A DNA stretch of 64,000 nt from Endomicrobiia bacterium (GCA_025059805.1 JANXDG010000030.1:10646-74645); one strand, 5' to 3'. Positions 36,309 through 47,936 are shown, counted from the stretch's first letter. A program made the numbers and translations. The notes: generated from the letters alone by a model not told the origin.

Positions 36309-38555
36309 TTATAATTCTATAACTAATCCATCTTTAGTATGAACTATCTTCTTAATCCCCCGTATTACATTGCTATATTGTATCTCTACACTGATATTAC
36401 CAAAAATCTTAGTAGTGAAAGAACTTCTGCGTAATGTACTACCTATAAACTTTTTGTTTCCTGTAATTATGTAAAATAACAACTTTATATCCTTGTTGCG
36501 AACAAATAAATGTTCAATTTGTTTTACATCTTCCTCATATTTACCGTGTCTTGGTAATTGAACAAGTAGGAATTTGTCTTTTAATTTCATCATTGAAAGT
36601 TTTTCTAAAATGTATTCTCCAGGTAGGTCATTTGAAAGAACTATTATTGCATTTTTATATCTTACAGTAACAAGCAACGAGTTGTAATCTGTAAGTTTTA
36701 TTTCATCACTGGCTGTAGTTACATAATTTGGTATTACTGTTATCTCCACATTATCGTTGACTAAAATTGTCCTTGATGTATGTATGATTTCATATTCAAT
36801 TTTTCTTTTTAATACATCTATAAAAATTTCTTTATAATCACTAGTCCACGGTGGTACATAGTTTGAGGTATATAATTTCTTAACTTTAAAATTAGATATT
36901 ATATACTTAGCGCCACCGTAATGAGGATAATGTGCATGTGTAATAATAAGGTAATCAATTTTATTTAAACTATCTTTGTACAACTCAGGTATAATTTTAA
37001 ACTTTGCAACTTTTTCGTCACCACCCGTATCTATAAGCACTGTCCTACCACATGGAGTTTTTATCAAAACACTCTCACCAAAATTTAGATCAAAAAATTT
37101 AATCTTAAATATCCTTTTTTTAAAAATTGAATTGCTAAAAATTAGAATTCCTGTTGATAAAATCAAAATTCCTAAATACAAAATTAAACTTTTTTTCTTT
37201 ATTAATTTCGCTATAGCAACTGTTAGTAAGTAGTAAATAATAATCGCATAAGAACTCGGTGTTGTTATGTTTAATTTAGCATATGGTAGATTAGCAAAAA
37301 ACTTTACAGTGGATAAAAATACTTCACCTAAAATTCCAACAGTTTGCCATAAAACTGATATATAACCTGAGGATAAAAACTCTACCAAATATGATATCAT
37401 CCCAAGCCATAATAGTAAACAAGTCAAAGGAATTACAAAAATGTTAGATACTATACTTACTGTGGAAACTTTGTTAAAATAATATATAATCAGAGGTAGT
37501 ATCATAATTTGAGCAGAAAATGTGGTAATGAAAAGTTTCACAAAATATTGAAAAACAATGTTTTTATTTTCAATAGATGACTTTATGTGTTGATAAAAAA
37601 ATGGATAAAAATATACTATACCGAAACACGCTGCGAACGATAACTGAAACGAAGGATTAAACAAACTTCGTGGCGAAAACAATAATATTATAAACGCTGC
37701 TAAAATTAGAGAGTAGATACTATTTTGTTTTTGTTTCAAAAGATTCGCAGCAGCAATAGTGATAACAATTATCGTTGCACGGACAACTGGCGATGAACAA
37801 CCGGTAATAAACATATAAAATAATACAACAATACAACTCAATATAATTTTAAATTCATATCTTAAAAAAGTTAACTTTAACAAAAAGTATGTCAATATAA
37901 ACACAAATCCTACATGAAGTCCGCTTACCACTAACACATGTGCTACGCCAGCATCCTGGAAATATATTTTTACATCTTTAATCTCTTCATCCTCATACCC
38001 CAAAATAACTCGTAAAATTACACTATTTATAGGCGAGTTAAGTTTTTTATTAGATATTTCTACAAGTGTTTGTTTAACTTTAGTTGTAATAAAATATAAT
38101 TGTCTTAAACACTGGCTAACAAAATTTTGATTACCAAAATTTTGCTCCAATTTTACTGCATAGCCAATTTTTTGTACATCATAACTGTTAAATAAAAACA
38201 AATCATAGTTGTTTTGTAAATTAATTGTTCTACATAGTGTTAACACTGATACCTGGTCACCATAGCTTATGTTCTCAAATTCTTCAGTGTGCCTGTCAGT
38301 CTGTATATAATACTTACTACCATTTCTGGTTTTAATTATAAAAATCTTTTTATTTTTCTCTTCTTTTATAAAATATACTTTTCCTTTAACTAACTCATAC
38401 TGGTAAGGTTCTTTTCTTAGGTACAACAAGTTGTCATATATTATTCTGTATTCAACTATAAGAAAGAATGTATAGAAAAGCATACTAGAAGGTAGTAACA
38501 AAAGTAAGAATTTCCAACTATGATTTTTATTCAAACTGGAAAGATTTTTCACCAA
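36309..38555 (-). CDS. comEC: ComEC/Rec2-family protein (canonical DUF4131 + Competence + MBL architecture), second paralog
   Basis: DAGVAHVLVVSGLHVGFVF Competence-domain motif, a polytopic TM region, and a C-terminal MBL domain (ITHAHYPHYGG). Confidence 0.75.
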   Translation of the reverse strand: MVKNLSSLNKNHSWKFLLLLLPSSMLFYTFFLIVEYRIIYDNLLYLRKEPYQYELVKGKVYFIKEEKNKKIFIIKTRNGSKYYIQTDRHTEEFENISYGDQVSVLTLCRTINLQNNYDLFLFNSYDVQKIGYAVKLEQNFGNQNFVSQCLRQLYFITTKVKQTLVEISNKKLNSPINSVILRVILGYEDEEIKDVKIYFQDAGVAHVLVVSGLHVGFVFILTYFLLKLTFLRYEFKIILSCIVVLFYMFITGCSSPVVRATIIVITIAAANLLKQKQNSIYSLILAAFIILLFSPRSLFNPSFQLSFAACFGIVYFYPFFYQHIKSSIENKNIVFQYFVKLFITTFSAQIMILPLIIYYFNKVSTVSIVSNIFVIPLTCLLLWLGMISYLVEFLSSGYISVLWQTVGILGEVFLSTVKFFANLPYAKLNITTPSSYAIIIYYLLTVAIAKLIKKKSLILYLGILILSTGILIFSNSIFKKRIFKIKFFDLNFGESVLIKTPCGRTVLIDTGGDEKVAKFKIIPELYKDSLNKIDYLIITHAHYPHYGGAKYIISNFKVKKLYTSNYVPPWTSDYKEIFIDVLKRKIEYEIIHTSRTILVNDNVEITVIPNYVTTASDEIKLTDYNSLLVTVRYKNAIIVLSNDLPGEYILEKLSMMKLKDKFLLVQLPRHGKYEEDVKQIEHLFVRNKDIKLLFYIITGNKKFIGSTLRRSSFTTKIFGNISVEIQYSNVIRGIKKIVHTKDGLVIEL

Positions 38556-41500
38556 TAATATGTCTAAGTTCCGATAACATTTTGTTTGATGGTAGGATTT
38601 TATAGTCAGTTTCTATAATTATCTCTTCAAAATTTCTTGTGTATACTTTAAAATAAACCTGTGTATTACCAGGGTATCTCTCTATAATCTTTTTTATTCT
38701 TGATAAAAATTCATCATCTACACCTACATTTGATAAAGTAATGTAGATTCTTTCCTTCTTTTTATAAAGTTCTTCTTTGAAATTTTCAAATAGAACTACT
38801 TTTTCAGCTATGATACTTTTCTTGGTTTCATCTGTAATGCTTATGTTCCCTTTGACATATACAATACCATTTTTGTGTATAAAATCCTTACATTCTTCAT
38901 ACACTTTATTATAAACAAGTATTTCAATCTCGTCAGTTAAATCTTCTAACATAAATTTTACCCAGGGTTGGCCTGATTGTGTCTTATATTTTTTTATTTC
39001 TGTTATCATACCTATGAGTTCTACTGCTTTACCATCTTCCGAAGGTACCTCGCCTATTGAATAATGAGTTATACTTTTTATTTCATCCAAGTGTTTCTGT
39101 AAAGGATGGCCTGACCAGTATATTTCTGTTAATTGATGTTCATGATAAAATATTTCTTGCTCTGTAAATTTCTCAACAACTTTTGGTTTATGCTCAGGTT
39201 CAGAGAAAAGAAGTTGAACTTTTTGTTTCCTTTGTTCTTTCTCTTCAACTCTGTTTATATACATTTTCCTAACAATACACTTTTCTTCTAAACTTAGATT
39301 ACTTTTATACAATGAATCTAAACTTCCAGAAAGAATTAAAGCTTCAATCACACGTTTGTTCACTTCTCTCGTATTAACTCTTGAGATAAAATCTTCAAAA
39401 GATTTAAACTTCCCTGTCTTATTTCTTAGGTTAACAATAAACTCTGCTGCTGTTTCACCTACATTTTTTATTCCTAATAATCCATATCTTACAAAATTGT
39501 CTGATTCTTTTGAAAAATATACGTCAGAAGAATTTATATCTGGCGGTAAAAGTTTAAAACCCATCTCTTCAATTTCAAGAAGAAACTTACGATAATTTTT
39601 TTCTTCCTTCCCCTGTGATTTAATATTTGCACCTGAACGTACTTCTGCGTTCACTAGAGATATCAAATATTCTAAAGGATAATGTGCTTTCAAATACGCA
39701 CATCTATAAGAAGTAACTGCATAAGCGGCAGCATGCGACTTGTTAAAACCATATCCTCCAAAATTTAGAATCTGTTGAAAAATTTTCTGTGCAATATTTA
39801 ATGGGATACCATTTTTTTTAGCGCCAGAAATAAACCTATCCTCCATTTTTTCAATTTTTTCAGGCACTTTTTTTGCTACTGCAGACCTCAAATCATCTGC
39901 TTCCTCAGGTGTGAAACCACCAATTACCTGTGCTATTTTCATAACCTGCTCTTGATATACAAGAACACCATAAGTTTCTTTTAATACTTCAACTAATAAC
40001 GGATGGTCATATTTGATTTCCTGCTTATTATGTTTCCGTGCGACGAAATCGTTCACCATACCACTACGAATCGGTCCAGGACGATATAATGCTATACATG
40101 CGATAATGTCTTCAAAAACTGTTGGTTTTAGCTTTCTTAACAAATCCTGCATACCAGGCGATTCTAGCTGAAACACACCCGTAGTTTTCCCTTCCTGTAA
40201 TAATTTAAAAGTTTTTTTATCGTCCAAAGGAATTTTTTTTAAGTCCAGGTTTATACCATAATTTCGTCTAATTAAATCCAAAGTTTCTTCAATAATGGAC
40301 AATGTTTTCAATCCTAAGAAATCAACTTTAAGTAAACCTAAATCTAACAAAATTTCGTCGTAATATTGTGTTGTGACAGGTTCTTCTTTTGTCCGTCTAT
40401 AAAGTGGAGTATGATCTGTTATATCTCCTTTAGAAATTATAACGCCAGAAGCATGTATACCTGTATGTCTTGTTCTACCAACTATATCCTTTGAATAATC
40501 CAAAATTCTTCTTACATTCTCATCTTTTTGATATAACTCTTTAATTTCGGGTATTTCAGTGATTGTTTCTTCTACGGTCATATCCGCATTAGGAATAAGT
40601 TTTGAAATTTTATCAGCCAAACTTGCTGGCAAACCTAACACTCTTGTAACATCACGTACAGTATTTTTAATTTTTAATGTATTAAAAGTTATTATCTGTA
40701 CAACATTTTTCTCACCATATTTTTTTCTTACATATTCTATTATCCTGTCCCTGCCATAATCTGCAAAGTCAATATCTAAATCAGGTAAGGTTTTCCTTGC
40801 AGGATTCAAAAACCGTTCAAATAAAAGTCCATACTTTATGGGATCAACATCAGTAATACCTAAACAATAACTAACCAACGAACCTACACCAGAACCACGA
40901 CCCGGCCCTACAGGTATATTGTTTTCTTTAGCAAAGTTTACAAAATCTCTTACAATAAGAAAGTATGGTGAGAAACCTTTTTGTTTAATAATTTCAAGTT
41001 CGTATTCTAACCTATTAGTAATTTCTAATGGAATATGTTCATAACGTTCTTTAAGTCCTTCGTAACAAAGTTTTCTCAACAAATTATCTGCGGTCTCGCC
41101 CTCAGGTAAGGTAAATTCAGGTAAGTGTATCTTACCAAATTCTATTATAAGATTACACTGTTGTGAAATTTCAACTGTATTTTTTAAAGCATCCGGATAT
41201 TCTTTAAAAACTTCATACATTTCCTCAGGTGACTTTAGATAAAACTCATCACTTCCAAAACTTAACCTGTCAGGTGAATCTAATGTTGTCCTTGTACCTA
41301 TACACAATATAATTTCCTGTAATTTCGCATCTTGTTTCCTTACATAATGAATGTCATTAGTTGCAACAACTTTTAATCCGAAACGTTTCGCAATTTCATA
41401 TAATTTTGGTAAAATTTTTTTCTGATCTTCAAGATTGTTATCCATTAGTTCTATATAAAAATTGTCTTTACCAAAAACATCAATATAAAACTCAATAGTC

Positions 41501-41973
41501 TTTTCTATATCTTTTTCCGCTTTACCTTCTAACAAACAATAAGCAATTTCTCCTTCTAAACAACCAGATAGTGCAATTATATCCTTAGCATATACTTTTA
41601 GCCAATCTTTTTTAACTTTCCCCTTACCAGCAACTAAATTTTCTTCATACGCTTTTGAAAGAAGTTTCATTAAGTTTTTATATCCAACATCATTTTTTGC
41701 TAATAATGTTAAATGAAAACTTTTTCTTTGGTCAGGTATTTTCTCTTCTGGATCAATGTAAACCTCACATCCAATAATAGGTTTTATCCCAGCAGAGGTA
41801 CAACTGCGATAAAATTCTATTGCACCAAACATATTACCATGGTCCGTTATAGCTAAAGCTGGCATATTATATCTTTTTGTAATCTCAAAAAGGTCCGAAC
41901 CTTGATCTACTCTACACATACCATCTAAAAGTGAATACTCACTGTGCAGATGTAAATGTACAAACTCTTTCAT
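38527..41973 (-). CDS. dnaE: DNA polymerase III alpha subunit
   Basis: 1148 aa. N-terminal PHP domain begins HLHLHSEYSLLDG, followed by polymerase core and OB domains. Confidence 0.95.
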   Translation of the reverse strand: MKEFVHLHLHSEYSLLDGMCRVDQGSDLFEITKRYNMPALAITDHGNMFGAIEFYRSCTSAGIKPIIGCEVYIDPEEKIPDQRKSFHLTLLAKNDVGYKNLMKLLSKAYEENLVAGKGKVKKDWLKVYAKDIIALSGCLEGEIAYCLLEGKAEKDIEKTIEFYIDVFGKDNFYIELMDNNLEDQKKILPKLYEIAKRFGLKVVATNDIHYVRKQDAKLQEIILCIGTRTTLDSPDRLSFGSDEFYLKSPEEMYEVFKEYPDALKNTVEISQQCNLIIEFGKIHLPEFTLPEGETADNLLRKLCYEGLKERYEHIPLEITNRLEYELEIIKQKGFSPYFLIVRDFVNFAKENNIPVGPGRGSGVGSLVSYCLGITDVDPIKYGLLFERFLNPARKTLPDLDIDFADYGRDRIIEYVRKKYGEKNVVQIITFNTLKIKNTVRDVTRVLGLPASLADKISKLIPNADMTVEETITEIPEIKELYQKDENVRRILDYSKDIVGRTRHTGIHASGVIISKGDITDHTPLYRRTKEEPVTTQYYDEILLDLGLLKVDFLGLKTLSIIEETLDLIRRNYGINLDLKKIPLDDKKTFKLLQEGKTTGVFQLESPGMQDLLRKLKPTVFEDIIACIALYRPGPIRSGMVNDFVARKHNKQEIKYDHPLLVEVLKETYGVLVYQEQVMKIAQVIGGFTPEEADDLRSAVAKKVPEKIEKMEDRFISGAKKNGIPLNIAQKIFQQILNFGGYGFNKSHAAAYAVTSYRCAYLKAHYPLEYLISLVNAEVRSGANIKSQGKEEKNYRKFLLEIEEMGFKLLPPDINSSDVYFSKESDNFVRYGLLGIKNVGETAAEFIVNLRNKTGKFKSFEDFISRVNTREVNKRVIEALILSGSLDSLYKSNLSLEEKCIVRKMYINRVEEKEQRKQKVQLLFSEPEHKPKVVEKFTEQEIFYHEHQLTEIYWSGHPLQKHLDEIKSITHYSIGEVPSEDGKAVELIGMITEIKKYKTQSGQPWVKFMLEDLTDEIEILVYNKVYEECKDFIHKNGIVYVKGNISITDETKKSIIAEKVVLFENFKEELYKKKERIYITLSNVGVDDEFLSRIKKIIERYPGNTQVYFKVYTRNFEEIIIETDYKILPSNKMLSELRHIIGEKSFQFE

Positions 41974-42842
41974 TAATATTGTACACCTGTTGTTCGTGTA
42001 AGTTCTTTAAATTCTTTCATTATTTGTTTAGTTAGTTCTCCTGGTTTACCATCGTTAATAATTCTGCTGTCAACTTTAACCACTGGTATTACTTCAGCAG
42101 CAGTGCCTGTTAGAAAACACTCATCTGCAGTATATACATGGTAAATAGTAAAAGGTTCCTCTTTCACCATAAGTTTGAGTTTTGTTTTTGCAATTTCAAT
42201 TACAGTATCTCGTGTGATACCAGGCAATGCTCCAATATAAATAGGTGGTGTTATTAACACATTATTTTTTATAATAAATATATTATCACCTGTACATTCT
42301 GCTACATAACCGTCATCATTTAACATTATTGCTTCTTCACAACCCGCTTTTATAGCTTCAATTTTTGCAAAAATATTGTTTAGATAATTAAGCGACTTAA
42401 TCGCAGGATTGATAGCCGATGGTAAATTCCGTCTTGTGGAAACCGTTATTACTTCTAGTCCCTTTTCATAAAATTCCTGTGGATACAACACTATCTTATC
42501 AGTTATAATTATTATTGATGGATTTTTACATTTTCTTGGATCTAACCCAAGATCTCCAACTCCACGTGTTACAACCAATCTTATATAAGCATCTGCTAAA
42601 TTATTAATCCTTAAAGTTTCAAGAACAGCTTGTTCTATTTCACGTTTAGAAACTGGAATTTCCAACATTATTGCTTTAGCTGAGTTATATAATCTATCAA
42701 TATGTTCAGCAAGCTTGAATACACGACGGTTATAACTTCTGATACCTTCAAATACACCATCGCCATATAACAATCCATGGTCAAAAACTGAAATTTTCGC
42801 TTCTTCTTTATCATAAAATTTTCCGTCAATATATACTTTCAT
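41973..42842 (-). CDS. ilvE: Branched-chain amino acid aminotransferase (fold-type IV, short form)
   Basis: 289 aa; [32 protein letters not shown] and the ExxY...VVTRG class IV motifs. Confidence 0.85.
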   Translation of the reverse strand: MKVYIDGKFYDKEEAKISVFDHGLLYGDGVFEGIRSYNRRVFKLAEHIDRLYNSAKAIMLEIPVSKREIEQAVLETLRINNLADAYIRLVVTRGVGDLGLDPRKCKNPSIIIITDKIVLYPQEFYEKGLEVITVSTRRNLPSAINPAIKSLNYLNNIFAKIEAIKAGCEEAIMLNDDGYVAECTGDNIFIIKNNVLITPPIYIGALPGITRDTVIEIAKTKLKLMVKEEPFTIYHVYTADECFLTGTAAEVIPVVKVDSRIINDGKPGELTKQIMKEFKELTRTTGVQY

Positions 42843-42852
42843 TCTTCCCCTC

Positions 42853-44787
42853 CTATTTAGATAAATATTTTGTTACATTAGGAAATAAAGAAAGGTCCGT
42901 ATGTGGAATAAATAGTGTTGAACTATATTCATTCATATACATAGACATGCTTGAAAGATCAATATATGTCATTTTTTGTTGTGTTTTATAAATTCTATCT
43001 CTTGCAGATTGTGATAATGTATATAAAATAGCACCTAACAAAGATGTATTGCCAGCAACAACAAACTTACTCTCTTCAATATCAGGTAAAAGTCCTAATA
43101 TCTGTGCTTTCTTTATATCAATATAACTTCCAAATCCACCACAGATAAAAATTTTCTTTATGTCAGAAAAACTTAAATGTAAATACTTCAATAACGTATG
43201 TAATCCATGAAAAATAGCACCTTTTGACCTCAGTATATTTTGGATATCACTCTCAGAGATCACAATATCTCTATTGTTGCCAGTATGTTCTTTACCGACA
43301 AGTATAAATTCATTTTCACCTATTTCATTTTGTCTTATTCTTTTTTGTAGTTGTGGTTCTAATATGCTTTTATTAAATTTACCAGAACGATCTATTATCC
43401 CAGCTTTGTATAACTCAGCAGGTAAACCTATTAATCCAGAACCACAAATTCCAATAGGTTTTGTATTACCGATCACTTTGTAGTCAACCCTGCCATTCAC
43501 AATTTTTACATCTTCAATTGCACCTTCTACTGCTAACATCCCTGAAGAAATATCTATCCCCTCAAATGCAGGGCCACAAGAACAAGCTGCAGCTACAAGA
43601 AAATCCTTATTCCCAACAACAATTTCTCCATTAGTACCTAAATCAAGTAAAACACATATGTCATCAGAAACATCTATTTGACAAGAAACAACCCCGCCTA
43701 CTATATCACCTCCAATGTAAGACGCTACCAATGGTAAACAGTAAACTCGTGCTTCTGGATTTATCATCAACCCGAGTTGTTTTGCAACAGTAACCGGTGG
43801 TCTATTTACCACAGGGACATATGGTTCCCGACGGATATACTTAGCAGGAAGATTTAGTAAGAAATGTATCATTGTTGTATTCCCTGCAAAAACTACAGCA
43901 TATATATCTCTTAAATCAACTCCGTTTTCTGCTATTATATAGTATATAAGTTCGTTAATTGTTTCTAATACTTTTTGATTAAGCATTTCAAGACCTGAAG
44001 TTTCTTCAGAATATACAATGCGCGTTATAATATCAGCACCAAAAGTAATCTGTTTGTTTATAGAACATACGCTTCCTAATATTTTAAAATCAGTAATATT
44101 TAAAAGTGTCACAACTATTGTTGTAGTTCCAACATCTACAGCTATGGCATACAAGTTTCTTTTTTCTTTGCGAACTTCACATATTTCATACAATAGCTCT
44201 GGAAATAGATATTTTTGAACTAATACCACTGTGATGTTCCAGTTGTTCACACGCAAAATTTCTGGTAAAGTTTTAACAACTGAATAGTCGTCAATAATAA
44301 CTTTTAATTTCTCTTGTTGTGAAACGTAAGTTACTAACCGGTCCGTATCTGAAACATAATCCTCAATAGAAGGGGATGGAAGGTTTAAATGTATCATCTT
44401 TGCTATAGGAGAAATATCAAATCCATCTAAAACAAGTTTTTTTTCCAAATTGTGTTTATCAAAATATGAACTAGTAATAAAAACATCTTTTAATTTCTTA
44501 ATTTCATCTATTGGATTTAATAATTCTACAACAATATCAGACAACGGCTGTGTTTCACACGCAAGAACTATATTTTGTTGTTTCTCTTCCTCTGAAATAA
44601 ACTGAGAAAATTTGGTAACAAAATTGCCGTTTACAATTTTTATTTTGCACTTACCACAAACTCCTTTCCCACCACAGGAAGCAAAAATGTTTACACCAGA
44701 TTTAATCATTGCCTGTAGTAGATCTTGACCCTCAGCTACTTCAATTTCTTTGTTTAATGAAAGCACTTTTACTTTAAATGAATTCAT
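42853..44787 (-). CDS. RACo-type ATP-dependent reductive activase of corrinoid proteins (N-terminal plant-type 2Fe-2S ferredoxin + ASKHA ATPase domain)
   Basis: N-terminal [14 protein letters not shown] 2Fe-2S motif and a C-terminal ASKHA-fold region ([10 protein letters not shown]...LDLGTNGE). It is 644 aa and lies immediately downstream of acsC, as RACo genes typically do. Confidence 0.72.
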   Translation of the reverse strand: MNSFKVKVLSLNKEIEVAEGQDLLQAMIKSGVNIFASCGGKGVCGKCKIKIVNGNFVTKFSQFISEEEKQQNIVLACETQPLSDIVVELLNPIDEIKKLKDVFITSSYFDKHNLEKKLVLDGFDISPIAKMIHLNLPSPSIEDYVSDTDRLVTYVSQQEKLKVIIDDYSVVKTLPEILRVNNWNITVVLVQKYLFPELLYEICEVRKEKRNLYAIAVDVGTTTIVVTLLNITDFKILGSVCSINKQITFGADIITRIVYSEETSGLEMLNQKVLETINELIYYIIAENGVDLRDIYAVVFAGNTTMIHFLLNLPAKYIRREPYVPVVNRPPVTVAKQLGLMINPEARVYCLPLVASYIGGDIVGGVVSCQIDVSDDICVLLDLGTNGEIVVGNKDFLVAAACSCGPAFEGIDISSGMLAVEGAIEDVKIVNGRVDYKVIGNTKPIGICGSGLIGLPAELYKAGIIDRSGKFNKSILEPQLQKRIRQNEIGENEFILVGKEHTGNNRDIVISESDIQNILRSKGAIFHGLHTLLKYLHLSFSDIKKIFICGGFGSYIDIKKAQILGLLPDIEESKFVVAGNTSLLGAILYTLSQSARDRIYKTQQKMTYIDLSSMSMYMNEYSSTLFIPHTDLSLFPNVTKYLSK

Positions 44788-44813
44788 CTGTTGTTAATAA
44801 ATATTACAAAATC

Positions 44814-46145
44814 TTATCCGAAAAGTGATTTTAAAAACTTCGGTATACCTGAAGCTTCTTTTGGTCCTACTATAACTTCCCAGTCAGGTAAAAGATCGTT
44901 TAACTTCCCACTCATTACTGCAACATAGCCTGGAATTATTATTTTCTTATGTTTAACTTTATCATCTACACTTTCTTTTTTTAAAGAATCTACAATTTTT
45001 TCTGGTGTAAATTTTTCTGCTGCCCATGCTGTGAGTACAGAAAGTCCGTCTGTGTCAACTATTAGAAGCCATGAAGGTATCTTTGAATTTAAGATTTCAG
45101 GTTCAACTGAGAAATAAGTTAACGAAAAATTTGTAGTTACAAGCAACGGCGAATTTTCTGATGGTTGTCCTCCAATCTTGTAAAGCTTAGGTTCTACAGT
45201 TACAGGTCGTTGTGGATCCGTATAAATGTTTAATCTCAAAGTTATTAATGCTAAATGTACTTCTGGTTTTACTGTGTTTAAACAAACTATGCTACCGTAT
45301 TTCAAAATTGCTAGAGATCCTAACGATAGATTCGTATTAATATCTTCAGATTCAATAACAACCATCGTTGGGTATCCCACTACTCTCAAATTTTTTTTCA
45401 ATGCTAATCTTCTTACCTGTGTAAGATATTCTATTAGTTGACGATAACTTTTTACCGGGATGTTAAGTATTAGTTCTCTGTATCCCGTCGTAGTAACTAC
45501 AAGATTAACCCTGTTTGCAATTTCATCTAATGTATCACCATTTATTACAACTGGTATATTATATGATTTTGCCACCATCATAATTTTTTCTATTTTATCG
45601 TCATTGTCAAGATGTCCGATTAAAGAAAATTTTCGTACTTTCAACATCTCTTCTATCAATGATATATCACTGCACAACAGTCCTATCGGTACTTCAGGAT
45701 CAATCTGTGATACTATATTTCTTATACGTTCAATATTATTTTGTTCACATTTTAAAATTAACAATTCAGTATGATATTCTTGACCTACACGAATAAAATG
45801 CAAGTTTTTAAACCCGCTAATCCTTTTTGATATTTCATCATCACCAAATGTATCTTTTATCAAAACAGCTAATAAACATGGATTAACAAATGTTTTTTCG
45901 TGACGGAATAACACTGTCTCACCACCAATTTTGTATTTATCAGCAATTGTTATTGTTCGTATTGGCGGTTCAGCAGCTTCAGCTAATATTCTTTTTGTTT
46001 CTTCAGAAACATAAGGACATTTATCTAACGAAACTTTTTTTGCGGCGAGTGCCATTGCAAACGCTAAACATGTAGGAAAGCCACACTCTTTACAGTTTGT
46101 CTTAGGCAAGAGTTTATATATTTCAAGTCCTGTAAGTGTTGGCAT
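44814..46145 (-). CDS. acsC: Corrinoid iron-sulfur protein large subunit (CO dehydrogenase/acetyl-CoA synthase gamma subunit family, AcsC/CdhE-like)
   Basis: N-terminal 4Fe-4S motif LTGLEIYKLLPKTNCKECGFPTCLAFAMALAAKK..LDKCPYVSEE. The C-terminal B12-binding region NIYTDPQRPV...NSPLLVTTNFSLTYFSVE...KIPSWLLIVDTDGLSVLTAWAAEKF...WEVIVGPKEASGI closely resembles my recollection of Moorella AcsC. 443 aa. Confidence 0.8.
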   Translation of the reverse strand: MPTLTGLEIYKLLPKTNCKECGFPTCLAFAMALAAKKVSLDKCPYVSEETKRILAEAAEPPIRTITIADKYKIGGETVLFRHEKTFVNPCLLAVLIKDTFGDDEISKRISGFKNLHFIRVGQEYHTELLILKCEQNNIERIRNIVSQIDPEVPIGLLCSDISLIEEMLKVRKFSLIGHLDNDDKIEKIMMVAKSYNIPVVINGDTLDEIANRVNLVVTTTGYRELILNIPVKSYRQLIEYLTQVRRLALKKNLRVVGYPTMVVIESEDINTNLSLGSLAILKYGSIVCLNTVKPEVHLALITLRLNIYTDPQRPVTVEPKLYKIGGQPSENSPLLVTTNFSLTYFSVEPEILNSKIPSWLLIVDTDGLSVLTAWAAEKFTPEKIVDSLKKESVDDKVKHKKIIIPGYVAVMSGKLNDLLPDWEVIVGPKEASGIPKFLKSLFG

Positions 46146-46167
46146 TTTTTTTCCTCCTATATATACA

Positions 46168-46740
46168 TTACCTAGGATTTAAAAATATTTCAAGTTCCAT
46201 AATACCTTCAGGGATAACAGAAACCTCTGAAATATAAGGTTGACAATCTATATGTTGGACATATATTTTAAGCTTTCTGTCTGAACTTTCAGATATTACT
46301 GAATATTCAAACTCTCCTTTAGTATTAGTATAACATGTATCAACTGAACCGTCTCTGTATTCAAATATAACTTCTGCATTTGACGCTGGTACATTTCTTG
46401 GATAAGTTTTTATAAAAATTTTACCTTTTATTATTGTACGCGAACTTTTGTGGTCACTACTAACTTGTGTTGAACGAGCTCTTATTTTTGTAATAACATT
46501 TACTGCGTAACCTAATGTAGCTATAAAGAAATTAACTACTGATATAGAAACTGCAATAATAACGAGTAGTTTATGAATATTTGAAATGTTTTTAAATTTA
46601 TATGTTAATAAAGATAATACCGCAATCACACATAACACACAAATGTTAATAATTATCAACCATATCTTGCCATACAAAAAAGGTAATAAACAACTATTCA
46701 ACAATGTTATTAAAAGCAATATCAATATTCCTACATACAT
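46168..46740 (-). CDS. Membrane protein with C-terminal carboxypeptidase-regulatory-like (CarbopepD_reg) beta-sandwich domain
   Basis: Two or three N-terminal TM helices. The C-terminal IKGKIFIKTYP...SNAEVIFEYRDGSVDTCYTNTKGEFEY is typical of CarbopepD_reg_2 domains. Confidence 0.45.
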   Translation of the reverse strand: MYVGILILLLITLLNSCLLPFLYGKIWLIIINICVLCVIAVLSLLTYKFKNISNIHKLLVIIAVSISVVNFFIATLGYAVNVITKIRARSTQVSSDHKSSRTIIKGKIFIKTYPRNVPASNAEVIFEYRDGSVDTCYTNTKGEFEYSVISESSDRKLKIYVQHIDCQPYISEVSVIPEGIMELEIFLNPR

Positions 46741-46741
46741 C

Positions 46742-47842
46742 TTACTTTAATGATAACAGTCTTAAGTACACATCTTCAACTATAGAAGTAACCTTATTCC
46801 AATCATAATCCAAAACTAAATCACGGTTGAAAGTACGAAATTGTAATTCTTTACGGATAGCTTTCTTCAAATAATATCTTAATCCAAAAATATGTCCTTG
46901 TGGATAATAATATGCATATTCTTTCCCAACCATTATATTTGCATCAATAGAACTTGCGATCACTGGTAAGTTATAACCTATCGCAGTAATAAGATACGTT
47001 GGAGCGGCTTCGTAATGACTTGTAGTTACGAATACTCCTGCGTTGCTAAAAAGTTCTTCCATCATTTCAGGTAGTGTTTCAGGAATAATTATAATATCAG
47101 GATTAGGTTTTGACTCATACCTAATTTGTTTTAAGTATTTCTGATGTACTATCCCGGTTCCAGCAAGAACAAGTTTCCATCCTTCTTTATCTTCTATACC
47201 ATTGAACGCTCTCACCACGTCCAAGAAACCTTTCTCAGGGACAAATCCTCCAACACAAAGGAAATAATTTCCAGGACTAAGTGCAAATTGTTTTATATAG
47301 TTCCTTGTTAACTTTCGTAGTTTTATACCTATACCATTTGGTGTGCAAGTGACAGGTTTATTATAGTTTTGTTCTATAAAATATTTTATCCATACTGCGA
47401 TACAAAAAATCTCGTCAGCATACATCACAACAATTTTTTCACAAAGTTTCAAAATTTGTTTTTCAATAAAATTCCACTTTGTTCTTACATAGTCAGGACC
47501 ATGATGTGTAACAACTACTTTATAACCGAGGAATTTCAAAAAAGGAAGTATGAAACTACAACCAATCGTATGTATATGTACTAATCCAGACTTTGCACTT
47601 TTATGAGTAATTAACCACAACAAACTTAGAATTGCATAAATTGGTGTTTCTAAAAATTTAATTTTTAAAGTTGGAATGTAAACTAATTTTATACCTTTAT
47701 ATTGTGACTGAGGTACACTATGTTTGACAAAAATTATAAATTTCCATCCTTTATCTACAAGTCTGCGGTAAACCTCACTACAATGCTCACTTATTGCATC
47801 TTTGGATAACAAAAAGTTTCTCCATCCAATAACTGCTATCAT
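46742..47842 (-). CDS. Glycosyltransferase family 4 (GT-B, group 1)
   Basis: C-terminal GGFVPEKGF...LVLAGTG...E-x7-E region typical of GT4. Confidence 0.7.
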   Translation of the reverse strand: MIAVIGWRNFLLSKDAISEHCSEVYRRLVDKGWKFIIFVKHSVPQSQYKGIKLVYIPTLKIKFLETPIYAILSLLWLITHKSAKSGLVHIHTIGCSFILPFLKFLGYKVVVTHHGPDYVRTKWNFIEKQILKLCEKIVVMYADEIFCIAVWIKYFIEQNYNKPVTCTPNGIGIKLRKLTRNYIKQFALSPGNYFLCVGGFVPEKGFLDVVRAFNGIEDKEGWKLVLAGTGIVHQKYLKQIRYESKPNPDIIIIPETLPEMMEELFSNAGVFVTTSHYEAAPTYLITAIGYNLPVIASSIDANIMVGKEYAYYYPQGHIFGLRYYLKKAIRKELQFRTFNRDLVLDYDWNKVTSIVEDVYLRLLSLK

Positions 47843-47907
47843 GTCTATCTTTAGGCAAAGAACTTGAAATGTTTGGGATCATTGCAAGTGAAAATAAGAT
47901 AATTATG

Positions 47908-47936
47908 GTTTTAACATATTTTTCTTATTATGTCAA
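47908..47936 (-). promoter_or_regulatory. Candidate sigma-70-like promoter for the GT4 gene, in the only sizeable intergenic gap (47843..47991)
   Basis: Minus strand reads TTGACA-17nt-TAAAAC, about 60 nt upstream of the ATG at 47842. Confidence 0.2.

Noticed and set aside
44814-46145. Interpreting acsC as evidence of a complete Wood-Ljungdahl/acetyl-CoA synthase cluster in this window
   Set aside because: No CODH, ACS, AcsD or methyltransferase genes are present within 64 kb. Only AcsC and RACo are here.
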